A stretch of DNA of 64,000 nucleotides from positions 181,724,001 through 181,788,000 of the forward strand of contig NC_058368.1 in assembly GCF_018350175.1 (NCBI RefSeq), given 5' to 3'. Source of the stretch: Felis catus (taxonomy: Eukaryota). The notes beneath the pieces were generated by a model. That model worked only from the letters and a program-made list of their open reading frames with translations. It ran no database searches and was not told the origin of the DNA. The position numbers and the translations under genes were made by a program. Shown here piece by piece: positions 52,432 to 64,000 of the stretch. Position 1 is the stretch's first letter; each line of letters starts with the position of its first letter.

Positions 52432-54689
52432 ATACAGAATATTGAGGCAACTACCTCAGTGATTCAGAATAAGTGGAGCTTTAAGGATTGAATTGTTGAA
52501 ATAATTATCTTAAAGTCTCTACTTGGCTATGTCAGTGGGGGACTGGTCTGTGACCAGAAATAAAGACACCTTTGTTTGAGCTAATCAAAATAAACATTCA
52601 AAGGCTATGGAGGCTCCTCAAGAGTACAGGCCAAGATGGGCCAATCAATTGTATCTGGTGTTAATCCATCAAAAGAGGCAATCATTCCCACAGGAACAGA
52701 CACAGTGAGGTGACATTTCTGAGAACTAAAGTTACACCAAAGGCCATGATAATTCATTGCTGTTGTAACCTCATTCTGGCAAGTACCATTATTTAGTTAA
52801 GGTGTATGAAGTGTTGTGAGGACAGAAAATGCTACATAAATGCTAAGGATCATCATTACTGTTATCATCTTTCTGAGGAACTGCTTCTGCGAGTGATGTT
52901 ACAGCACAAAAACACACACAGACATCACTTCATACCCATTTGTAGTTGTAAGGAGAGGTTACTATAATGAGTAATTCACATTGTGTCATCTCCTTTGCAC
53001 TCCGAGTTAAAACAAATTAAATAAAGCTCAATTAGACAGTGTTTTATGCACTACAAAAATGCAGCTGATTTATATTCTGAGTAAATACAGGTTAGTTACT
53101 AGAGAAAGAATACTGAATAGGCTCCAGAAATATAAAATCAAAACTGAATTTCCATCACATTAAACACATGGATGTAAAGGATAAAATCCTTCTATAGATT
53201 TAAATTTTTTCAATTGTTTTTTTTTGGTATTGCATTTAAAACATAATAAATTTTAACATCTCTCCATTTTAGTGAATGGCTGTCATCTTATTATTTTCAT
53301 GTTGCTAGAATTTCTTTTTAATTTTAATTGTGCCGAGAAGGATCTCTTAACACACTGTGGGAAAAAAATAAAAGAACAGCCGATAACGGAAGAAAAACCT
53401 TCTTAAAAAGGCCTAATAAAATCTAATTGTAAATCAATTGCTTATTTTGTAACTGCTGGTATATATTTGTAAATTGTTCTTAGGTCTAATTTTGCCATGG
53501 TAGTTACTTTCTAAAATGGCAAACTTGTCTTAGGATTTTGATTCAGGTGGAAACTGTCAAACTGTCAATGGATATCGTAGTAACATTTTGACTGTCATGC
53601 CCAAGGCAGTGTGGAAGGTACCTATACACTGTGGCACTGCTAATGATTCAATCATTGTGAGAACACAGGCAGACATGGTTTATGCTTGCACGTGTACACT
53701 GATTGTGTTTTTCTATTAGTTCTTTTCATTTTTTATAGGATGATGGAGGAACACCAGGTTGATCAACTGAATAAATTCCTGCTACTTTTTGCCCACGTTA
53801 AGTCAAACTCTTTGACCTACTCGCTCATGATTGCTTAAGGTACCTTTTCCACTGCTAGAGACAGGGGGATTTAAGTAAGGAATTTATAGCAGAAGCAAAT
53901 TAATTTCTAAAAAGAAAGAAAATGTCTTATATGTAAATGCTAAAAACACAGCATAGTTACACTCTTGTATTTCTATACATGCTGATTTTTCTACTCAGAG
54001 CCAACGTGCTCAGCATCTGCCTTCTCCTACTTTCCATGCTGGGTCACCCAACAGGCAGACGGAATATTACTTAGGGTACTGGCATCATTGCAGAGTACGC
54101 CATCTGAGTGGGGGAAAAAAAAGCGGTGGGAGAAGAGGAGAGAGAAGGCAGTTCTGATGAACTTATATAGAGTTTTGCAATCAAAAAAGCTGGAAAGCTA
54201 TTTTAATTTCCACCTACATCTAAGTTCCGAGTTTAGGTTTTGTTTTCTCTTATTTTGAATTATGTATAGCTGTTGGCAACATAGTCGTTCCCTGATTAGA
54301 ACCACTAAGGTCTGAATCTGTTCCTGCCTCCATCTTCCAACACTCAAACATGACCAAGGAAAAAGTAGAGACCAAGTGACAGGTAGGGATGGAGATCAAA
54401 ACTGAAGTGGATGATCAAGTCAGGAAGACCTGGAAACAATGAACTACAATTCTTTAACATTCATACTGGCCCATTATTTAATTGCTATACCTAACCCGAA
54501 AATTCCGAAGTCCTTGGAGAGGGCCCCATTTTTCCAAAGAAGAGATCTAGAAAAGGAATGTTTGGAGCCAGTGTGGACCTGTACACTTTTTGACCTATAT
54601 TTGAAAACATGTAATGTTTGCTTATATTTACTAATTTGGTTGTACCTATCTATTCAAGATTACATGTTTAAAAATAGTTTATTTAGGTA

Positions 54690-55355
54690 TATTTGCATAC
54701 TGTATCATTCACCTTTTTACAATGTATAATGAATGGTTTTTAGTATATTCAGAATTTCAGTAAGAAACTTGCGGCCTTTGGCTATTGCCTCTACTGCCCA
54801 TCACCACCTCTAGCCCCAGACAATAGGTTTTCTGTCACTATAGATTACCCTGTTCTGGTTATTTTACATGCATAGAATCATACAATATGTGGTCTTTTGT
54901 CACTGGTTTATTGCACCTAGCATGACATTTTCAAAGTTCAGCTATATTAATTAGTACTCTGTTCCTTTTTACGGCTTAGTAACATTCCATTGTATGGATA
55001 TGGCACTTTTGATTATCTGTTACTCAGTTGATGGACATTTGTATTGTTTCCACCTTCTTGCTATTACGCATACTGCTGTTTAAACATTCATGTAGGGGCG
55101 CCTGGGTGGCACAGTCGGTTAAGCGTCCGACTTCAGCCAGGTCACGTTCTCGCCGTCCGTTCGAGCCCCGCGTCAGGCTCTGGGCTGATGGCTCAGAGCC
55201 TGGAGCCTGTTTCCGATTCTGTGTCTCCCTCTCTCTCTGCCCCTCCCCTGTTCATGCTCTGTCTCTCTCTGTCCCAAAAATAAATAAACGTTGAAAAAAA
55301 AATTTTAAACATTCATGTAAAGTTTTTGTGTGGACACATACCTACAATTAGATAT
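54690..55355 (-). mobile_element. old L1 3' end, interrupted by a young SINE
   Basis: 'gaatcatacaatatgtggtcttttgt', 'cagttgatggacatttg', 'ttttgtgtggacaca'. Confidence 0.85.
55095..55303 (+). mobile_element. young feline CAN-SINE (SINEC_Fc-like)
   Basis: CpG-rich; perfect 16-bp TSD tttaaacattcatgta (55079-55094, 55304-55319). Confidence 0.97.
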
Positions 55356-55369
55356 TTTTTTAAGTATTA

Positions 55370-55865
55370 ATTTAGTAATTTTCCATACTTTGACATTTCC
55401 TGAAACATCCTCATTCAGTTCTTTGCAAGTATCTTCAACAGTAATAAAGTCACCTTTGGACTTGCTTAACAGTTTTCCAGAACCCACTGTTTTTGCTTCA
55501 TTCTAATCTCTTGGAAATTAAGAGCTTTTATGTATAATGCTCTTTGTATAATGTATCTTATATAATGATCTCGGTAATTTTATTGCAGTCCACAAGAGCT
55601 CTTTCACATAACATTTGCATACTTTGTTTCTTTGCTTGTTTTCCCATTCATATGGAAAGGTCATATATATGATCTCCAAGATGTAGCCATTTACTCTGTT
55701 GCTGTTGAAAGGAAATTTAAAAGATTCATTTACAATGGAATGTAACACAGGTGTGAGGCCAGACCACAAGATTACTAATTTTGCATTAAATTATTATTTC
55801 ATTATTTCCCTGGTCTCATCTTTGATTTCTGTAAGAATCTGAAAGTTGCTTTGATTGAGACCGTA
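55370..55865 (-). pseudogene. fossil pogo/Tc2-type (Kanga/POGK-like) DDE transposase fragment
   Basis: Hand translation across frameshifts: DSYRN..DETREIMK*..FNAKLVILWSGLTPVLHSIVNESFK..QQQSKWLHLGDH..GKQAKKQSMQMLCERALVDCNKI, collinear with the recalled C-terminal half of DDE_1 transposases. Confidence 0.65.
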
Positions 55866-56024
55866 CCTGGAGAGTGTGTTTTACATTTCCTTTTTACACT
55901 TGCTGTTTTTCTGACTGTGGTGCTTAAGATCTCCAAATATCCACACGGTTGGATCCCTCACTCACTGAACTTTCATTTTATTTTACAGAGGTCATCATAT
56001 CTAAAATTGTAACTACATACTTCT

Positions 56025-56068
56025 TAAAATAAAATAAAATAAAATAAAATAAAATAAAATAAAATAAA
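56025..56068. repeat. (TAAAA)n repeat
   Basis: Direct reading. Confidence 0.9.
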
Positions 56069-56073
56069 TCTTG

Positions 56074-56193
56074 TTTTTCTTTTTTTAAAATTCTTTTTTA
56101 AGTAATCTCTACACCCAAAATCGGGTTCAAACTCATGATCCTGAGATCAAGAGTCACATGTTCTCCAACTGAGCTGAGCCAGACAGAAGACCC
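56074..56193 (-). mobile_element. short old-type CAN-SINE (tRNA-like head plus A tail)
   Basis: 'gggttcaaactcatgatcctgagatcaagagtcacatg..actgagcc' is the reverse of the short carnivore SINE. Confidence 0.8.
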
Positions 56194-57468
56194 TGCTGTT
56201 TCTGTTTTATTTTTATCCTTAGAATTTGTGATAATCTAGCTGATATATTTTCTGATTTGGTTTAGTTATTATTTATCTTGACCACCAGACTATAAGCTCC
56301 TTGAGAAGCAAAGATTTTTAGATTGTGCTCATGGCTGAAACACAACATCTAGAAATTATGCCTTCCACTTAATAGGCACTTAATATTAGCTGAATGAATA
56401 AAATAGTTGTTGAGTAAATTATCCTACTGCTCAAAAATTAACTGATAGAGAGAGCTACCCATGATGTGAGAGTATAACAAATCAGATTTGTTGATTCCCT
56501 CTTTGGTAATAATTTGGGGGGATAATATGCCCTTTTTAATTTGGCATATATATTAGTTTTTAAAGTCTATCATCTTATTTAACCTTTTATTACTGTAAAA
56601 TATTCACCTTTGGACAACAAAATAAAAATATAAAGCTCAATGATTCATCACAAAGTGAATACTGATAGAACTGCCTCCCTGGTGAAGTAATACTACATTT
56701 CCTGGAAGGCCCCCTATGCTTTCTTTCAATCATATGCCCTTCCTCCCGGTTCAAAGATAATCAATCTCCAGACATTTTTAGTACTCATATCCTTGCTTTT
56801 ATTTATGGTTTTCCTACCAATCATTCTCTGAGCACTATGATTTTGCCTCTTTTAATTTTTTATTAGTGAAATAATAAAGAATGCATTCTTTTATATCCAT
56901 CTTACTCTGTGTAGCTGTAGTGCATTTATTTTCATTACTGTATTATACCACATTGGGAGAATTTACCACTATTTATCCACTCTACTGCTGTTTGACATTT
57001 TTGTCACTTTCAGTCTGGAACCATTACAAATAATACTGCTATGAACCTTCTTATACATCTTTTCTATGTATATCTGTATTCATTTCAGCTGGGTATGTCG
57101 ACTTGGATATTTCTGATCGGATCATATAAAATTGCCATGTGTAAGGAATTATTGTCAATTTTATGTGGTTTAAGCTAATATCTAAGAGTGACATTTCAAG
57201 CAGTCCATGTTTCCAACTCTAGTTTCTCAAAGGTGTGCTAACCTATGTATGTGCAGCACACCTATGTGTAGGGAAGCCATACATGGCCGTGTATGAGAAG
57301 TTCCAGGTGCTACACATCCTCACCAGTACTTGGTATCCTCAGCCTTTTATTTTTAGGCATTATGCTGGGTGTGTAGTCATATCACTTTGTGGTTTTAATT
57401 TGTATAACCCTGATAACTAAGGATCCTGTATGCAATTTACATATGTGTATTAGGCATTTGGTTGTCTT

Positions 57469-57470
<2 letters not shown>

Positions 57471-57510
<40 letters not shown>
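57471..57510. repeat. (TG)20 microsatellite
   Basis: Direct count. Confidence 0.95.
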
Positions 57511-57512
<2 letters not shown>

Positions 57513-58624
57513 GTGACTATTCAAGTACTTATCTTTTGTTTTTCTATTGTATTATCTCTCTTTTCCCATTTGTAGGAATTCTTTGTATATGCCACTCTGT
57601 GGCTTTAGTTTTCATAGGTTTAATTCTGTGATTTAATATACCAGTGTTCCTAATGTACATCCTATGTAATTACCGATGTTCTTCATATTTATGCCTAGAG
57701 TGTCTCTTAAATTCTTTTTTTCCTTACACCAAATTTTATATTCTAGAAATATTATTGTTTTGTCTTTCTTTTTTATTGTTTTATCTTTCATAATTGAAGC
57801 TGCAATTCATCTGGGATTACTTTCTGTGTATGATATGATGTGGGGTTACTTTTTCGTTTTCTTATGTGCATTTCCAATCGAGTCAGCAACATTTATTGAA
57901 AGACTGTACATATCCCACTCTGCAGTACCAATCTTGTCATAGATCAGAAATTATGGGTGAAACTGTGGAATTTGTGTTTCATGTCTCAGTTTGATTATGT
58001 TTACAGAAACACCGTTCTGTCTTTATTATGTCTTTATAATAAAGTCTTGATATTGGGTAGAGTAAATACTCCAGATTTTTCTTTTCCAAATTGTACTGGT
58101 TATTCTTGGCCCCCAGCTTTTCCACATGCATTTACTACCAATATGTAAAGTTGCACCATCCGCAAAAGAAAAATTTTAAAACCTCCATTCATTTATTTAG
58201 GTCATCTCTAACTTCTCTCAATAATATTTTAGTTTCATTTGTAGGGTTATGCACAGCTTTCATCAGTTTTATTCTTAGGTGGTTTGCTTTTCTGATACTT
58301 TCATAAATGGTGTGATTCTATAAAATTCATTGTCTAATTTCCTGTTTAATATAATTGATAGTTAATTTTATATTGACCTTATAAATTCTAGCATTTTCAA
58401 TGCAACTCTTTTGCACTTCTCATATAGATAATCATATTGTCTGCAAATAGTTTTATTTCTTGGTTCCTCGGCATTACTTCATTCTCTTTCTTTTTTTCCT
58501 GGATTTATTATATTAGCTATAACCTTCAGTGCAAAATTGAACAGAAGTTATTTTATTAGGCATACTTGTCTTGCACTCAATCTCAAAGGGAAACCATGTA
58601 ATATTTTACATTAAAAGTGATGTT

Positions 58625-58834
58625 GGGAGGCACCTGGGTGGCTCAGTCGGTTAAGCATCTGGACTTTGGCTCAGCTCATGATCTCGCAGTTTGTGGATTC
58701 AAGCCCCATGGCTCTGTGCTGACAGCTCAGATCCTGGAGCCTGTTTCAGATTTTGTGTCTCCCTCTCTCTCTGCCCCTTCCCTGCTCTCACTCTGCCTCT
58801 CTCTGTCTCAAAAATAAATACACGTTAAAAAAAA
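58625..58834 (+). mobile_element. CAN-SINE
   Basis: Typical head, CT linker and A tail, inside the old L1. Confidence 0.95.
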
Positions 58835-60102
58835 TAATGATGGTTGTGATTTATTTTATTTTTGGGGGAGTAACTTTTAGAAAATCAGGGAAATCCTTTT
58901 TTCTTCCTAGTTTGCTTATCTTTTTATCAATAAAGAATAGTATATTTTATGAAAATTTTTCAGCATCTTTAGGAAAATTACATAATAGTTTTCCTTTTTT
59001 CTGTTGCTATGTTGTATTACACTAATTTTCAAATATCAAACAAATCCTGCATTTATGGCATAAGCCTATTTAGGATGCATTATTAGTTTTTAAATTCTGG
59101 GATTTGGTTTACTAATAATATGTTTTGGATATTTTCATCTAAGTTAGTAAGTTATATTGGCCATTAATTTTTTTCTTATAATGATCTTTTCAGGTTTTTG
59201 GTTTCAAGATTATTTGTGCTGGACACATAAAATTGCTCCTTTTTTAGGAAAGATTTTGTGTTAGACTGGCATCATTTCTTTTTGCAATGTTTGCTAGAAT
59301 TTCCTGGGCCTGATGTTGTATTTTTTGGCAAGGTTTTAATTTATAAATTGATTTTTTTTTACTAATTACAGGTATGCTTAGATTTTTAATTTATTCTTAT
59401 GTAATTCTTTTGTGGATTTGTCTAATCTAAACATTTATATTTATTGGCATAAAATTATCGTAATCTCTAGTTATCTTCTCAATATCTGTAGCTATGCAGT
59501 ACTGACTCAGGTTTTTTTCTCCTGAAATTGTTTATTTGTGTGTCTTTTTTGTCTTTTTTTTTAAGTTAGTCCAAGAAGTTTATCAATTTTATGACTCCTT
59601 CCAAACATAGAGCTTTCAGCATTATTTTCTATTTAATTTGATTTTATTCTTTTTTCCCCCTCATTGTCCTATTGTATAGTCAATTTGTTGTTACTTTTTA
59701 AATCCTGGGAAAGCTCTTTTCAGCATGTTTTCTTTTCTAATAAATACACTTAATGGCACAAATTACTATCTAATATGGTCTTTGCTGGAGCTTATACATT
59801 TTTTTAATAGAATTTTCATTATCAGTCAATTCAAAATATCTTAATTCTGTTACTGATTTCTTCTTTGACCTAAATAGATTGTCATAAGGATATATTTAAA
59901 ACTTCCAACTTATGTGAACATTTTTCTAGTTGAATTTTTGCAATCTTTTATAGCTAATTTCTTCATGGTCAACGAACACATTCTGCATGATTTCAGTTTT
60001 TTTTGTTGAGATTTTCTTGGTGACCCAGCAAACAGTCCATTTGTAAATGTTTGACATGCATTGAGAAGAACATGCAGTAGTAGTATACTACTGGGAGTAG
60101 TA

Positions 60103-60105
<3 letters not shown>

Positions 60106-60151
<46 letters not shown>
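60106..60151. repeat. (TA)23 microsatellite
   Basis: Direct count. Confidence 0.95.
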
Positions 60152-60152
<1 letters not shown>

Positions 60153-61610
60153 TTATTAGATCATTTGCTCATCATGTTCTTCAAACTTTTTATATTCCTA
60201 TTGATTTTTAATATCTACCTTCAATATTTAGGTTTAAATATAAAATCATGCTAAGTATTTTGTTCTACTATTTTATTCTCATGTGTCCCTTTTTTCCTGG
60301 CTCCTTTTCAATTTATTGGAAATTTTGGATTATTTCATTTTCATTCTATTATTTGTGAAACTATATACCCTTTTATAATTATTTTACTGGTTACCCTAGA
60401 AACTGTAACTTCTATGTTTCATTTACCAAAGTCTAAAATTAATCACTTGTTGCCTTATTCTTTAACTCCATTTATTGTTTAACACCATTTCATTTTATGT
60501 GTATGTATGTGTCTTTAAACACAATGAGACATGACATATTACTATTATTTTATTATTTTTAGTCTTTGGTGTTTTATTATTAAGCAGCATTAGCATTATT
60601 ATTATATAGTCAGTATACATTTACCTTTACCCTCATATTTGTCATTCTATTGCTCTTATTTTTTCTACATATTGGGGGGGGATCATTTTTATTTGGAATT
60701 ACTTTTACTTGGCATGAAGAATACCCTGTAAGATTTCCTTTAGCATGGGAATGTTGGTGACAAATTCCCTCAATTTTCATTTGTCTGAAAATATCTATTT
60801 CTGTTATATAATCTTGAAGGATTTTTTTTTCTTTCTATAGAACTCTAGTTTGATAATTATTTTCTCTTGACACTTTATAGTATATCTTCTAGCTGTGCCA
60901 TAATGTTGAAAAGTCAGATGTGAGTCTTTTATTTGCTTCTTTGAAGGGGATCTTTTTTATGTGGCTGCTTTACTTTTTTCTTTGTTTTTAGTTTGCAACA
61001 GTTATATGTTATGTGCCTAGGCATGGATTAGTTTTTGTGTATTTTGCTTGCCATTCATAGAAATTTTTAAATCTGAGGCTTGATGTCTTTCATCAATTTT
61101 GGAAATTTCTCATTATCTCCTTACATACATACTATTTCTCTGCTAATCCTTTGTTTCTTTTCTTGTTGGGACTCAAACTGCATGCATTCATGTTAGGCCT
61201 TCACATCATATCCTCTATCTTTGACACTTCCTTGTGATTTTCCATACTCTTTTCTGTTTGTGGCTTACTCTGGACATTTTCTTATATATTCTTAGTTGAT
61301 TAAGTCTCTTTTTGTCTGTGTCTAAAATGCTGATAAACTTACCCAATGAGTACTTAATAATCATTATTGTATTTTTAAAGTATCATTTTTTCTTCATTTC
61401 CATAATTTTAGCATTTTTTTAAATTTATTCATCACAGAAATAAGGTTAATTTAAATCTACATCACATAACTTCAGTCTCTGCAGTTGAAATGAATCTGTT
61501 TTTATTATCTTTGTGTTGACTGTTATTAATATTTTAAGTTATTTGTGCTAGTTTTATTTATGTTATCTTATAACTTTGTGTGCCATTTTTTAAACACGTG
61601 TACTGAATGA

Positions 61611-61671
61611 GGGCCTGGTGGCTCGGTCGGTTCAGCGTCAGAGTCTTGGTTACGGCTCAGGTCATAATCTC
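61611..61671 (+). mobile_element. 5' head only of a CAN-SINE, fused to L1
   Basis: gggcctggtggctcggtcggttcagcgtcagagtcttggttacggctcaggtcataatctc aligns to the other SINE heads in the window and stops before the B box. Confidence 0.85.
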
Positions 61672-63347
61672 CTGATACATGAATTTAGCAAAATTGCAGG
61701 ATACAAAATCAATGTACAGAAATCAGTTGCATTCTTATACACTAATAATGAAGCAACAGAAAGACAAATAAAGAAACTGATCCCATTCACAATTGCACCA
61801 AGAAGCATAAAATACCTAGGAATAAATCTAACCAAAGATGTAAAAGATCTGTATGCTGAAAACTATAGAAAGCTTATGAAGGAAATTGAAGAAGATATAA
61901 AGATATGGAAAAACATTCTGTGCTCATGGATTGGAAGAATAAATATTGTCAAAATGTCAATACTACCCAAAGCTATCTACACATTCAATGCAATCCCAAT
62001 CAAAATTGCACCAGCATTCTTCTCGAAACTAGAACAAGCAATCCTAAAATTCATATGGAACCACAAAAGGCCCCGAATAGCCAAAGGAATTTTGAAGAAG
62101 ACCAAAGCAGGAAGCATCACAATCCCAGACTTTAGCCTCTACTACAAAGCTGTCATCATCAAGACAGCATGGTATTGGCACAAAAACAGACACATAGACC
62201 AATGGAATAGAATAGAAACCCCAGAACTAGGCCCACAAACGTATGGCCAACTCATCTTTGACAAAGCAGGAAAGAACATCCAATGGAAAAAAGACAGCCT
62301 CTTTAACAAATGGTGCTGGGAGAACTGGACAGCAACATGCAAAAGATTGAAACTAGACCACTTTCTCACCCCACTCACAAAAATAAACTCAAAATGGATA
62401 GACAGGAAAATGTGAGACAAAATGTGAGACAGGAAACCATCAAAACCCTAGAGGAGAAAGCAGGAAAAGACCTCTCTGACCTCAGCCATAGCAATCTCTT
62501 ACTTGACACATCCCCAAAGGCAAGGGAATTAAAAGCAAAAATGAACTACTGGGACCTTATGAAGATAAAAAGCTTCTGCACAGCAAAGGAAACAACCAAC
62601 AAAACTAAAAGGCAACCAACGGAATGGGAAAAGATATTTGCAAATGACATATCAGACAAAGGGCTAGTATCCAAAATCTATAAAGAGCTCACCAAACTCC
62701 ACACCCGAAAAACAAATAACCCAGTGAAGAAATGGGCAGAAAACATGAATAGACACTTCTCTAAAGAAGACATCCGGATGGCCAACAGGCACATGAAAAT
62801 ATGTTCAACGTCACGCCTCATCAGGGAAATACAAATCAAAACCACACTCAGATATCACCTCACGCCAGTCAGAGTGGCCAAAATGAACAAATCAGGAGAC
62901 TATAGATGCTGGCGAGGATGTGGAGAAACGGGAACCCTCTTGCACTGTTGGTGGGAATGCAAATTGGTGCAGCCACTCTAGAAAACAGTGTGGAGGTTCC
63001 TCAGAAAATTAAAAATAGACCTCCCCTATGACCCAGCAATAGCACTGCTAGGAATTTACCCAAGGGATACAGGAGTACTGATGCATAGGGCCACTTGTAC
63101 CCCAATGTTTATAGCAGCACTCTCAACAATAGCCAAATTATGGAAAGAGCCTAAATGTCCATCAACTGATGAATGGATAAAAAAATTGTGGTTTATATAC
63201 ACAATGGAGTACTACGTGGCAATGAGAAAGAATGAAATACGGCCCTTTGTAGCAACATGGATGGAACTGGAGAGTGTTATGCTAAGTGAAATAAGCCATA
63301 CAGAGAAAGACAGGTACCATATGGTTTCACTCTTATGTGGATCCTGA
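61672..63347 (+). pseudogene. disrupted L1 ORF2 (end of RT to C-terminus)
   Basis: Three consecutive ORF-track pieces, broken by a frameshifting insertion at about 62401-62420 and an in-frame TAG at 62979-62981. Confidence 0.95.
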
Positions 63348-63580
63348 GAAACTTAACAGAAACCCATGGGGGAGGGGAAGGAAAAAAAAAAAAAGAGGTT
63401 AGAGTGGGAGAGAGCCAAAGCATAAGAGACTCTTAAAAACTGAAAACAAACTGAGGGTTGATGGGGGGTGGGAGGGAGGGGAGGGTGGGTGATAGGTATT
63501 GAGGAGGGCACCTTGTGGGATGAGCATTGGGTGTTGTATGGAAACCAATTTGACAATAAACTTCATATATTGAAAAAAAA
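61672..63580 (+). mobile_element. young 5'-truncated feline L1 (3' part of ORF2, 3' UTR, poly-A)
   Basis: ORF2 peptides ([40 protein letters not shown] zinc knuckle); stop at 63345-63347; G-rich 3' UTR; AATAAA at 63555-63560; A tail at 63573-63580. Confidence 0.98.
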
Positions 63581-64000
63581 CTGATTAAATAGCTAATCTT
63601 AGCAGTTAGCCAAGACAGAAAAGCAGTATGGTTCATATGTCTGCTGATTAAGAAAATACATATACACAGACACACATACATCACATATATACATATAAAA
63701 TATATATACTTGAAATCAAATAAGATTTTTGTTTTGTAACATGTAATATTATATATTTTCCTATTAAATTTTATTATTTAATTACAAATTTACAAGCAGA
63801 TGCTGAAAGGTGCATGAATCATGCACAGTATTGATTGCATTTTCAGTGCTTTTTTCTCTTCTGTTGTATTAAAACAGAAAGCAGTTTATTACTTCTATCC
63901 ACAATTAAAATGTAACTATCTTTTGGGTAACTGGCAATAAAGCTATATACTCATTTGCTGAAAGATAAAATTCTAGCAGATATTTTTGCATTTCCCCCCT

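Larger units (their letters stand above)
56590..61600 (-). mobile_element. long degraded old L1, with nested SINE and microsatellites
   Basis: T-rich plus strand with antisense L1 motifs ('cattcatttatttaggtcatct', 'ttcctgggcctgatgtt', 'tttgtctgaaaatatctattt', 'tcaattttggaaatttctc'). Confidence 0.75.

Noticed and set aside
57231..57263. 9-bp inverted repeat inside the old L1
   Set aside because: Short stem with a long loop; plausible by chance or a small unassigned insertion.
61618..62415. Functional 265-aa SINE-L1 fusion protein or active L1
   Set aside because: GTG start, no B box or L1 promoter, most of ORF2 missing, plus a frameshift and a premature stop.

Overview
Mammalian genomic DNA, almost certainly from a cat (Felidae). 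The evidence is feline-type CAN-SINEs and a young carnivore/feline L1. No complete host protein-coding gene is visible. The main host feature is a CpG-island promoter at about 32.0-32.9 kb with a probable first exon on the minus strand (about 32390 down to a splice donor at 31809, with an alternative donor at 32007). Bases 1-31.8 kb are therefore probably intron of a large gene I cannot name; 33-64 kb is repeat-rich upstream DNA. About 16 CAN-SINEs, old L1/L2/MIR pieces, hAT MITEs, two LTR fragments and many microsatellites are present. I found no demonstrable new biological system. The best leads are: (1) a CAN-SINE head fused directly to a 5'-truncated young L1, which also carries a templated-insertion scar; (2) a 5' exon combining a CAG repeat, a Z-DNA-prone tract, a G-quadruplex over a splice donor and an ATG-TAG-ATG start-stop element; (3) a speculative 74-aa spliced small ORF; (4) a divergent pair of CTCF-like motifs, both with the upstream module; (5) a fossil pogo/Tc2-type DDE transposase. 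Repeat family names come from remembered consensus sequences, not a search, and old-repeat boundaries are approximate.
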